Origin: a virus
DNA length: 64,000 bases
Virus record (IMG/VR): IMGVR_UViG_3300045988_123629
Direction: 5' to 3' (one strand)
The translations under genes and the position numbers were made by a program. Positions 11,659 through 23,000 of this stretch are shown in pieces. The notes below the pieces were generated by a model that searched no databases, had not been told where the DNA came from, and saw only the letters and a list, made by a program, of their open reading frames with translations. The stretch's first letter is position 1. The number at the start of each line of letters is the position of its first letter.

Positions 11659-12723
11659 ATGGCGTCAGGGTTTGATTATAGTAGTAAGCAACCTTTTAGA
11701 TTATAGCAAGGTCGCTTAGAAATTTATGATAAGCCACCCTTTAAAGGTAGCCCTGTTGAAGGCGTTAATTATATGGCGGTTCGGCTCGGTCAGATGGGCG
11801 GAAATCGCCAACAAGAGCGTATGATTTTATCTAAGCGCAGAAGTTTAGATAGAGCAGTATGGAATTCATACCAAGCCGCGGAAATCATTAAATAGGATGC
11901 GGAATATAAAAAACCTATTAGGTGTTTGATTAATCCTAATAAATTAAAATAGGATTATGATGACAAGATTTTGTCTGTTGGAAATGAATATTAGTTTAAA
12001 CCAGGAGATATTTTTGAATGGTGTGGAACTAATACCTATTGGATTTGTTATCTTTAGGATTTGACTGAATTAGCTTATTTTAGAGGAGATATTAGAAAAT
12101 GCTCTTATAAAATAAATTGGGTAGATGAGGGAGAGAAGAAATCTACTTATGCAGCAATTCGCGGTCCTGTAGAAACGAAAATTAATTATATTCAGAAACA
12201 TGAAATTAGTATAGATAATCCTAATTATTCATTAAATATTTTAATGCCAAAAAATAAAGATACATTAAGATATTTTAAACGTTATACTAAATTTTATTTA
12301 GATAGTTAGGATGAGGGAGACAATTTAATTTGTTGGCGTGTTGAAGCTGTAGATTCTATAAGTATGCCTGGCATTTTAGAAATCAATGCGACTGAATATT
12401 ATACTAATGAGTAGGAAGACAATTTAGACGATAAGACTGTTGGTTCTTTAATTACAGAACCAATTGATCCAAATCCTACGACAACTGATATTATAGGGGA
12501 AACATTTATTTTTCCAAAGAAAACTTATACTTATTATTTTGATGGTAAAGCTATTTTAGAATGGGAAATAAAAAATAATAAAAAGTTGCCGGTTTCTTTA
12601 AAAGTTATTAAAGAAGCAAAAAAGCCAACAGTTGAAATAAGTTGGGCTTCTGGATATAGCGGATAGTTCGATTTATGTTATGGAGACCATAAGAAAACGA
12701 TTGTAGTTCAATCATTGTTTTAA
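11659..12723 (+). CDS. hypothetical structural protein, 354 aa
   Basis: aggag RBS then ATG at 11659; same frame as ORF 12061-12309; in-frame TAGs only, up to the TAA at 12721-12723. Confidence 0.45.
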
Positions 12724-12738
12724 GGAGTAAAAGGTGTT

Positions 12739-13320
12739 ATGAAAATTAATGGTGTAAATTTACCTAAATCAAGTTTTCTTTCTGTTGAAAAAGATTTAGA
12801 AATTATTGTAAAACATCTCTGCAAAAATGAGAGATTAAAGCGCTTATTATATTATACAACAAAAGATGCTATTGATAAGCCAGATTTAAATGACGAACAA
12901 ATGATTCAATTATTTAATAAAAATATTAAATTAATTCCTAAACTTTATGTTGATGGAAGTGTATTAAATTATGTAATTATTAATTTTGATAATTTTACAC
13001 AAAGCGGAAATCCTGAGTTTAGAGATAACATTATTGAATTCGATATTATTTGTCATTTTGATCAATGGCATTTGAAAGATTATCAATTGCGCCCTTATCG
13101 TATTGCCGCGGAAATTGATAGCATGATAGATAAAACGCATTTAACTGGTATTGGTAAGTTAGAATTTCTTGGTGCAAATCAAATTATTTTAACTGATGAA
13201 TATGCGGGTTTGTGTCTTATGTATCAGGCAGTTCATGGTGAAGAAGATAAAAAATCTATGCCCAATCCCAATGACGAGGAAAGATTTATAGAAGATTTTA
13301 AAAAAAGAACTGAAGAGTAA
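12739..13320 (+). CDS. hypothetical neck or tail-terminator-like protein; TAG-free
   Basis: RBS aaggagtaaaaggtgttATG; 193 aa; TAA stop overlaps the next ATG. Confidence 0.4.
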   Translation: MKINGVNLPKSSFLSVEKDLEIIVKHLCKNERLKRLLYYTTKDAIDKPDLNDEQMIQLFNKNIKLIPKLYVDGSVLNYVIINFDNFTQSGNPEFRDNIIEFDIICHFDQWHLKDYQLRPYRIAAEIDSMIDKTHLTGIGKLEFLGANQIILTDEYAGLCLMYQAVHGEEDKKSMPNPNDEERFIEDFKKRTEE

Positions 13321-14045
13321 TGGATATCAGACTTGGACTAATGACCGGTATTGATTTACCAATACCTGAATTAGAAGTCACTATTCATTAGCCATCTATA
13401 AAAGAAATTTCTTTTATAGGGGAAAAAGATCTTTTCTTGGGGATTTAGTGCTTATGTATTGATAAAAACATAATAGAGAATTCGGGCGAAAGTCTTTTAA
13501 GAGAAACAAATAATTTTTAGATATTTATGACAATGATGAAAGAAAAAGAGATGGTCGATAAAAAACAAGCATCTATGTAGGTTCTTACATTATTGTTTCC
13601 AAAGCAAAATGTTTTATTTACCCCTAGGTCAATTGTTTTACAAGGTGACCCACAAATAATGATTGACGAAAGCAATTTTAATATATTATAGGAATATATT
13701 AAAGAAATATTTTGTTTTAAATCTAATGCTTCGCAAGAAATGGGATTTAATCCTGGAAATGCGGCCGCGAAAAAGATAGCCGATAAATTAATGCGAGGTA
13801 GACAACGTGTCGCTGAATTAAACGGCACGGCTAATGCTAGTATATTTAGTTAGTATCTTTCAATGCTCACTATAGGTCTTGATTCAATGTCTTTACAGGA
13901 TTTAATGGATTTAACAATGTTCCAACTCTATGACCTTGTTGAAAGATATCAACTTTATATTAATTGGGATATTGATATCCGGTCTAGATTAGCTGGCGCG
14001 AAGCCTGATAACAAGCCGGATAACTGGATGAAAAATATCCATTAA
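13320..14045 (+). CDS. hypothetical protein, 241 aa
   Basis: ATG at 13320 overlaps the upstream TAA (TAATG); same frame as ORF 13863-14045; 8 in-frame TAGs. Confidence 0.4.
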
Positions 14046-14069
14046 ATTTTTTAAGGAGGAAAAAAACCT

Positions 14070-15053
14070 ATGAAATTTGGTGTACGCGAAATTTGCGATG
14101 TCGTTTTAAAGGCAAAGGCTAATCAAAAGATTGGTAATAAGCAATTTTATAAGAATGAGCCAGTTATTTATTTCGACACTTTAAAGACTTCCAGTATGGA
14201 AGGCGCTGCTACCACCGTATACGCACAGGGCGGTCGTGGTAATACTAACTTAGTCGCATGGGAAGGCGAGCGTACTGTTACCTTCACAATGGAAGATGCT
14301 CTTATTTCTCCTGAAGGTTTCATGATTCTTTCCGGTGCTGGTCTTGTTGAGGCTTCTGCTAACAATAAGATTAAGCAACATATTACTCAAACTGTTGATA
14401 AGACTAAAGACATTGTCCCTGCTAATACTGGAAAAGACATTAAAACTGATGGACTAATCATCCCTGTTTCTTATGCACCTTATCTTGATAAAGAGCATAA
14501 AGATGATGACTATGTTTATGTTTTCTTTATGAAAGATGGCGAAATTATTTCTGAGCCTTATTTAGCACACGAAGGAGTTGCTGAGGGAGACGCCGGTTTT
14601 AGTGTTACTGTAAAAGGATTTGATCGTGCTACTGGAGCGGCTTATACCGCTAATGACTTGGAAGCTGATTATGCTAAATGCGACTCTGTAATGGTTGATT
14701 ATTACACTGAGCGTGAATCTGGTGCTAAGCAGATCGAAATTACTGCTGATAAATTTGGTGGTAACTATTATCTTGAAGCTTCTACTTTATTCCGTAACCA
14801 AGACGGCGTAGATATGCCTGCTGAATTTATTATTCCTAACTGTAAGATTCAGTCCAACTTTAACTTCACAATGGCTTCTTCTGGTGATCCTTCCACTTTC
14901 ACCTTTACTATGGATGCGTTCCCTGATTACACTCGTTTCGATCATAGTAAGAAAGTTTTGGCTGCTATTCAGATTATTGAAGAAGACGAAACTGTTGACA
15001 ACGATATTCGTAGAAAGACCGCTGCTAATAGCACCATTGCTGTTGGAGGCTAA
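14070..15053 (+). CDS. major tail (tube) protein candidate, 327 aa, TAG-free
   Basis: RBS aaggaggaaaaaaacctATG; no TAG; expression-optimised codons; terminator two genes downstream; position upstream of chaperone and tape measure protein. Confidence 0.45.
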   Translation: MKFGVREICDVVLKAKANQKIGNKQFYKNEPVIYFDTLKTSSMEGAATTVYAQGGRGNTNLVAWEGERTVTFTMEDALISPEGFMILSGAGLVEASANNKIKQHITQTVDKTKDIVPANTGKDIKTDGLIIPVSYAPYLDKEHKDDDYVYVFFMKDGEIISEPYLAHEGVAEGDAGFSVTVKGFDRATGAAYTANDLEADYAKCDSVMVDYYTERESGAKQIEITADKFGGNYYLEASTLFRNQDGVDMPAEFIIPNCKIQSNFNFTMASSGDPSTFTFTMDAFPDYTRFDHSKKVLAAIQIIEEDETVDNDIRRKTAANSTIAVGG

Positions 15054-15058
15054 TTGAT

Positions 15059-15241
15059 ATGGTTGTAAAAGGTCCAGTAAAATATACTCCACCAAAACAG
15101 CCTAAAAAAGAATCTACTAAAAAGCAGCCAAAAGTAGAAAAGGCTGTAAAGAAAGAGCTTATCGAGCCTATTGAGGAAGTAATTCTTCAAGAGGAAGATG
15201 AGGTAAGTAAGATTTTATCTGAATTAGATAAAAAAGATTAA
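15059..15241 (+). CDS. small 60-aa protein with basic N-terminal half and acidic C-terminal half
   Basis: ATG 5 nt after the tail-gene stop; MVVKGPVKYTPPKQPKKESTKKQPK... then EEDEVSKILSELDKKD; TAG-free. Confidence 0.35.
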   Translation: MVVKGPVKYTPPKQPKKESTKKQPKVEKAVKKELIEPIEEVILQEEDEVSKILSELDKKD

Positions 15242-15246
15242 TTAAT

Positions 15247-15282
15247 GGGAGAGAATAGAAATATTCTCTCCCATTTTTTCGT
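15247..15282 (+). terminator. rho-independent terminator
   Basis: gggagagaat, loop agaa, atattctctccc, then attttttcg. Confidence 0.7.
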
Positions 15283-15302
15283 TATGTGGAAAAGGAGACA
15301 AT

Positions 15303-16373
15303 ATGATTATTAAATCAGATGGAAGTATTAAAGGTTCTATTATTAATGAAACTGAAAAATAGATTATTTAGGATATGAATACTGCTACTTAGTAGGATTG
15401 GGGACCTTTATTACAAAAATGGTCGATGGATATTTATAAATGGTTAAATAAAGCAAGGGCTTATGTAGTATCTCAAAATTCTGTTATAGAAAAATTATCT
15501 TCTTCTTTAATTATAACTAATAAAACTGGAAAACAAGAAATTAATTTAGTTGAAATTAATACTATGAAAAAAATGAGAATTAGTAAAAAAAATATTAATA
15601 ATAAAGAAATTTTATGGGAAGGATATAGATTATTAAATGAGATAGGTGAAACTTTACGTGGAGAAGAAATAATGTATTCTATTACTTTTACTAAAACTGG
15701 TGAAACTATAAGTAATTCTAATGAAGTATATACTTGGACTGTTCCAATGAGTGAGTTTTTTAATTTAGTTAGATTTAGTGAAACTCGTATAACTTTAAGA
15801 GATTCAAGTGCTATATATAAAATGATGTAGAAACAAATTTAGAATGATGAAAAAGATACTATGATTGAAAAATGGACTGAATAGAAAATTTAGGATTATG
15901 CTTTATTTAATGACGAAGTTAGAAATAATCCAAATTGGGAAAAATGGCATAAAATTAATGAAGGTAATATGCTTGAAAGTTATTTAAGACTTTTGAGAAA
16001 TGGTGGAACTGTATAGGATAGGAATAAAGTAAAAAAAGATTCAGAATATTGGCATAAATTAGGAACTGCGGTTTCTTCTACTATGAAGTCTCCTGATGCA
16101 TTCTTTAAAGGCGGAGATATTGATAACGAACAAATTAAAGGATTACACGCTTCGGTTACTAATATTAATACTTTAATGTTAAACTTATAGAAAGTTTTTG
16201 CTATTTTAAAAAATGCTAAAATTAATGAAGAAGTTTTAAATAAATATTATAAAAAAAGCGGATTAAATTTAAAATAGTAGCAAAAAGAAGTAGAACAAGA
16301 AGTTATAAATAAATTAACTGATTTCTTTAAAAGTAAAATTGATAGAAATATAAATACTATAATTGAATTTTGA
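15303..16373 (+). CDS. hypothetical AT-rich protein, 356 aa, very TAG-dense (moron-like insertion in the tail module)
   Basis: RBS aaaaggagacaatATG; same frame as ORF 15426-15830; 11 in-frame TAGs including two TAG-TAG doublets; TGA stop overlaps the downstream promoter -35. Confidence 0.45.
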
Positions 16374-16398
16374 CTAAATAAAAAATTTTTTGTATAAT
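16370..16398 (+). promoter_or_regulatory. internal sigma70-like promoter (TTGACT, 17-nt spacer, TATAAT) with adjacent TG motif
   Basis: ttgact at 16370-16375, spacer aaataaaaaattttttg (17 nt), tataat at 16393-16398. Confidence 0.5.
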
Positions 16399-16425
16399 AT
16401 AATAAAGAGTAAAAGGAGGCTAATT

Positions 16426-16959
16426 ATGGCTAAAATTTCATATAATAAATTAGGAATTACTAAAGATGAACTTAATAGAGTTCAAACTGTTGAATATAAT
16501 GATTAGACTATTGAGGTAAAGCAATATCTTCCTATTGCGGAAAAGAGTGAATTGATTACTCGTGTATTGAATAATTCAGTGGATGAAAATACTGGATATT
16601 ATAATCTTTTAAAGTTAGATATGAATCTTGGTTTAGAAATTGTTTATGCTTATAGTAATATTTCATTTACCGAAAAACAAAAGGAAGATCCAATGAAGCT
16701 TTATGATATGCTTAATGCTTCTAAAGTACTTAATCTTATTATTGGCCTTGTGCCAGATGGAGAATTTTATTATTTAAATAAAACAACTCATGAGATGGCT
16801 AATAATATTGTGACATATCGCAACTCTGTAATGGGTATTATGGAAGCAATTTCTACTGATTATAGTAATTTAGATTTGGATGCAACAGATATTCAAAAGA
16901 AGTTAAATGATCCAGATAATATGGCTTTATTAAAAGATGTGCTTACTAAATTGGGCTAA
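16426..16959 (+). CDS. putative tail assembly chaperone, 177 aa
   Basis: RBS aaaaggaggctaattATG; same frame as ORF 16552-16959 across one TAG; acidic; immediately upstream of the tape measure gene. Confidence 0.4.
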
Positions 16960-17004
16960 TTAAATTAGTTAATAATATTATTTTTTGAAAAATAATAGAG
17001 TGAT

Positions 17005-17047
17005 GGGGATAAGAGTATAATTGCTCTTATCCCCGTTTTATTTTTAT
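17005..17047 (+). terminator. rho-independent terminator
   Basis: ggggataagag, loop tataattg, ctcttatcccc, then gttttatttttat. Confidence 0.65.
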
Positions 17048-17081
17048 ATAAAGATAAAACTTGGAGAGAAAGGAGATTTCT

Positions 17082-20000
17082 ATGGCTAAACAATTAAATA
17101 GTTATTAGGTTAATTTACAGTTTACTGCTGATTCTAAATAGGCTCAACAATAGTTGAAAGATTTACAAGAATAGCTTAATAATTTAACAAAAAATGTTAA
17201 CAGCTATGGTAATTTAAGTTTATCGCAAGAAATTCAAAAAGCCTTGCCTTATGTTAGTGAATTACAAGGGATGTTAGTTACTTGTCGAACAGAGGCGGGG
17301 ACTATTGATTTAGGAAAATTTAATCAATCATTAAAAAAAAGTGGAAGAACTATTAGTGAGTATGGAGATTAGCTACAAATTTTAGGTAGAGAAGGCGAAT
17401 AGGCTTTCGCTAATTTAGCAAAATCTATTTCTACGGCGGAGTTGCCTTTAAAAAGAAGTAACGCTTTATTAAAAGAATTTGGAACTACTTTAGCTAACAC
17501 GGCTCGTTGGCAAATATCTTCAAGTATTTTACATGGCTTTATGGGAGCAGTATAGTCTGCTTATTATTATGCTTAGGATTTAAATAAATCTTTAAATAAT
17601 ATTCGTATTGTTACCGGGCAAAGCGCCGATTAGATGGCAAAATTTGCAGTTTAGGCAAATAAAGCCGCTAAGGAGTTAAGCACTACAACTACTAAATATA
17701 CTGATGCAGCCTTAATTTATTATCAGTAGGGTTTAAATGATGAATAGGTAAAAGAGCGCACTGATATTACTATAAAAATGGCAAATGTTGCTCGTGAAAG
17801 TGCTGAAATTGTTTCAGACCAAATGACTGCCGTTTGGAATAACTTTTATGATGGAAGTTAGTCATTAGAGCATTATGCTGATGCTATGGTGCGTTTAGGT
17901 GCAGATACCTCATCTAGCTCTGATGAGATTGCTGGCGGTCTGGAAAAATTCGCTGCAGTTGCTAATACAATTGGTTTAAGCTTTGATAATGCAGCAGCTG
18001 CACTGGCTACCATTACTGCTACTACTCGTCAAAGTGAAGACGTTGTAGGTACTGCTTTAAAAACGATTTTTGCTCGTATTCAAGGTTTAAAACTTGGTGA
18101 AACTTTAGAAGATGGCACTACATTAAATCAATATTCATAGGCTCTTGAAAAAGTTGGAATTAATATCAAAGATTCTAATGGTGAATTAAAAGATATGGAT
18201 AATATCATCGAAGAGATGGGCAATAAATGGTAGAATATTGATAAAGATTAGCAAGTAGCTTTAGCGCAATAGGTTGCGGGTGTTCGTCAATATACTCAAT
18301 TAATTGCTTTGATGGATCACTTTGATTATTATAAAGAAAATCTTGCTAGGGCACAGAGTGCTGATAGGTCTCTTCAAGAACAAGCTGATATTTATGCAGA
18401 ATCTTGGGAGGCTGCTAGAGATAGAGTTACTGCTTCTTTAGAAACTATTTATGACTAGCTATTGGATGATAAAGCTTTTATTCAATTAACTAATATTTTT
18501 GCAAAATTATTAAATGCTATTAGTTAGTTAATCAAAGCGTTAGGAGGACTTCCTGGAGTTTTATCCATTATTGGAACTATTGGATTTAAAGTATTTGGGA
18601 ATGATATTACAAAATCTATTCAACGAATGATGTATAATATTAAAATTTCTTCTAAAAATGGAATAGATGAAATTGTAAAAATGCGTCAAGAAGCTAATAA
18701 TAAATTAAGATCTATTATGGCAGATAATGTTGATTAGGGGCCTGATTATTCTACTCGCAGTGATATTTATACTTAGTAGGCTAATTTACAAGATGTTTTA
18801 ATTTAGAAACAAAGAGAATTAATTGCTTAGGGAAGTTAGTTGACTGAAGAAGAATAGGCGTAGGCTAAATTTATTATAGATATTAATGAAAAACTTGGAG
18901 AACGAGCAATTAAGAGTGCTCAAGATTTAGAACAATAGCAAAAAATAACTCGTCAATTAGAAAGATAGTTTGAAACGCAAATTAGGATGAAACAAGGGAA
19001 TGTTTAGGATTATAGATCTTAGATAAATTCCACTAAACAGAATTTTGTTTTATCTAGCGTTTTAGATGATTTCCAAAGTGCTACAAGAGATATTGAAAAT
19101 TTAGATGAATTAAAAGAAAAACTCCAACAGGTTCGTGATAAAACTTCTTAGTTAGGGATGTCTTTTAATAATTTAGATAATATTCTTAATGGGACTTATA
19201 ATACAACTGAAGAATTTAGAAATTAGTTAAATAGTTTAATTACTATTACAGAAAATGAAGCTAATTCAGCATTTTCATAGTTACGAAGCACTTTAGAAGG
19301 TACTTAGATGACTGAAGAACAGATTGAAAATACTATTAATTCACTACAAGATTCATATTCTTCTATGGTTATTGAAATTCTTAATAATGTATAGGCTACT
19401 AATAGAGCCACTGATGCTAATCAAGAATATATTAATACTATAAATTCTTTTAAGGGAGTATTGCCCTCAGCAGAAGCAGGAGTAGCTTCTTTTGCTTAGG
19501 GATTAAGCAGTATTGCTATGGCAATAACTTCTATAAAAGGAATTGTAGATACATGGAATAATGATGAAATTGGTATTGGAGATAAATTACTTTCAACCGT
19601 AACTGCTTTATCTATTGCCTTACCCTTATTAATGAATTCTTTAAATAAGACTTCAATTGCTAATATGGGAATGTTATCTAGTTCTTTAATGACTGCTGTT
19701 GGATTAAATGGATAGGCCTTAGAACAAGAAGCGTTAAATTTAGTTACTTTAAAAGGAGCAGCAGCTTTTAAATTAGCAATTAAGGTATTTACTAAATCTT
19801 TAGGGCCAATAGCTTTGGTTGGTGCCGCTATTGGTGCGTTAGTGTTTATTATTAAATCTGCTATAGATGAATATAATAAAGCAGATAATAATTTAAAATC
19901 TGCTAGTGAAACAGTAGAAAAATTAACTGAAAAATACAATGAATTAACTTCATCAATTGAAGAATTTAAAAATAAAGCTAATGATTATACTACAGCCGTT

Positions 20001-23000
20001 GAGGCGCTTAATGGGTTAGATAAAAAAACATAGGAGTATACAGATTCTTTAGAATCAGCTAATGAGAAAGCTAAAGAACTAATTGAAACTTATAGATTAT
20101 GGGACAAATATGAAATTAAAGATGGCTTAATTGTTTTTGATACAGGAGCTATTGAAGAAGCTCAAAAGAAGATTAATGATACTGCAAATAATATAAAAGT
20201 TCTTTAGTAGAGTGCTAAAATTGATGTTGAATCTGCTAAAAAAGAAGTTTCTAATACTGATTTAAGTAGAAATATTGGTAAAGTAAAGCGAGAAGGAAAC
20301 TCTGGCACAATTACAAATGGTGAAATTGAATTAATTACTCAATTTGCTATTGAAGCATAGAAAGAAAGTATAAAAACTCATAAGAGTTAGGATGAAATTT
20401 TAAGACAAAAATTAGAAGAAAATACAACGTTTTATTCTGAGAGTATTGATAAAATTATGGAAAGTAGTGATGCTTTCTTTAATTTAGCAGATAGTATTAC
20501 TGAAGCCACTAAAGCTACTGATTATTATAGTAATGAAATATTAAAAAGTAAAAATATTCAAAATAATTCTGGACGAGTTGAAAAGATTACTGATAATATT
20601 GTTTTATAGGATTATATTTATGCTGCTGAAGCAGGATATTAGCGTCAAATTCTTAAAAATAACGGTAAAGATTTTACTAATTTAACTTTGCCAGCTCATA
20701 ATAATAATGCTGATTTAAATATAAATAATGATAAAGAATTAGCAAAAGCTTATGCAAGAGAAGTTTTAGGATTAACAGAAGAAGAGTTAGGTCAATATAT
20801 TTATAGTGGTGGGACTGGAAAAGGAACTTTAAAGAATATAAACGGAACTGTTCTTTTTGAAGACGAAAATGATTCTTATATGCGAGAATAGATCGCTAGG
20901 AAAAGAGCAACAGATGAAATTTTTAATTCTTTAGAAAATAATGATTCTTATAATTTAGGAGAATTTGATAAATCTATTGAAAGCCTTCTTAAGAAAACAG
21001 AATTTTTTGATAAAACATTTGGTGCTAATTTTTCATAGGCAATTCTTGATAGTCTAGCAAATGCCGAAAGTGGTTTAGATTTAACTTCTATTTTATCTGA
21101 ATTGTCTCCTGATTAGGTTGAAGAATTAAAACAACTTGGATCAGATGGATTTGCAGAAGCTTTAGGATTAACTAAAGAACAAATGGAATCTTTAGGATTA
21201 AATGATGGAGAAACTTGGCTAGAAGGATTCGAAAATAGTTTAAATAATTATAATCCTGATAATTATAATTAGAGAATTGTTGACGCTGCCAAAACGGGCG
21301 AAAAAAATGCTTCTAATTTAATCAGTGGATTATAGAGTGGAGATGTTACTCAAGAAAATATTTCTTCTAATGAAGATTATTCTAACTTGATATAGCAATT
21401 AGAAATAATAAAAAAACAATATCCTGAATTAGAATCTGCGGCTTTAGAATTATCTCATACTTGGAATGTTGGTAGTCAAACTTATTATGAAGCTTTAGAA
21501 CAAGTCCAAGATAAAATGGCTGAAATCAAATTAAATGATTTAAATAAAGATTCAGATAAACTTCTTAAAGAACTTCAACAAAATTTATAGATCATAAATA
21601 AAAAAGAAGGAGTAAATGTTACTGTAGAGGCTGATCTTAGTAAATTTAAAGATTCTATGGATGAATTAGCGGATTAGCAATATAGTATAAATGTTGAAGT
21701 TCATGGCCAAGCAGAACAAGAATTTAATAGTATTACGAATGCTATTAAAGATATGAATACTTAGGCTTCTAAAATTGGTCCTAATTATACTGTTGCTGCT
21801 GATGACATTCGAGAATTAAATAATGTTTTTCCTGGCATTATTGAAGGAATGACAATAGCTAAAGATGGATCAGCTAAATTAAAAGAAAGTGTTGTTAAAG
21901 ATTGTTTTGATGCTGCTAAAGCAGAAATTGCTGCTGACGCTGAAGCTACTGTTGAATAGTTAAATAATTAGGCTACTTTATTAGAAGCGAAAGCCGTAAA
22001 TTATAAAAATATAGCTCATTTAGCAGAAATTCTTGCCACAGCTGAAAATTTAAGTGCTCAGGAGTCTGCTGCTATTAGAAGTAGTATTTCTGGTAATTTA
22101 GCTGAATTAGAATCAAAAAATAGTAAAGATACAACTGATACATAGGCTGATAATCAAGAAATTGTTGCCAATTCTTCAAAAGATAACGCTAAAGTTGTAG
22201 CGGAAAATTGGTAGAAAGCTTTTAAATCAGCGGCATAGAATTCTGTAGATTTTGCTAATACTGCTATAAATAATATGAAAAAAGCAGTTAGCGGAAAAGG
22301 AAAAGGAAAACTAGAAGGAAAATTCTAGGTCGATTATAAAGGGTCAACGGGTGTTAGCGCCGAAGCAAAAGTCTTAGAAGATGCATAGAAGACGTTAGAT
22401 GAAGCATTAGCAGATGGAGAAAATACTTCCAAAGAAACTTGGGCTAAAATTGCAGCTACTTATAATTCCCTTTATGCTTCTACTATGGCATAGGCGAATG
22501 ATATTCGCGGAATGATTGCTTCTGTTGGAGCATCAACTTTAGAAACCAATAATGCTTTTAAAAATCTTGGAAAAAATGCGTCTGGGACTGCTAAAGAATT
22601 ACAAAAAGTCGCTAAGCGCTATCATGAAATAACTCGTGAAATTCAATATTATCAAAAACTTTTAGATAAATTAGCGGATAGTAAAGATAAACTTTATGGA
22701 AAAGCTAAAATTGATAATATAAATCAAGAAATTGAAGCTAATAAAAAATTAATTGATTTATAGTCTTAGTTGTATAATTTAATTTTAGCAAATGTGGCTG
22801 TAGACCGGCAGGAAGTCCAAAAGCAGTTTGGTGGATAGGCAATTTTTAATAAGGACACATTAGAAATTGATAATTATACTACTTTATATAATAAAGCTAC
22901 TACTGATAAACAAAGAGAAGCTTTAGAACAATATGAAGAAACTTTAGATAAATTAAAAGAGCAGGAAAAAGCTTTAATTGATTTAAAGAATACAGTTCAA

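Noticed and set aside
15030-15070. Programmed frameshift fusing the major tail protein to the downstream 60-aa ORF
   Set aside because: There is no convincing slippery heptamer or downstream stimulatory structure before the TAA at 15051-15053. The small ORF has its own ATG. I left it as a question in the findings only.
16959-17082. G/GT-type -1 frameshift extension of the tail chaperone
   Set aside because: A strong terminator hairpin follows the chaperone stop at once, and there is no overlapping downstream ORF before the tape measure RBS.
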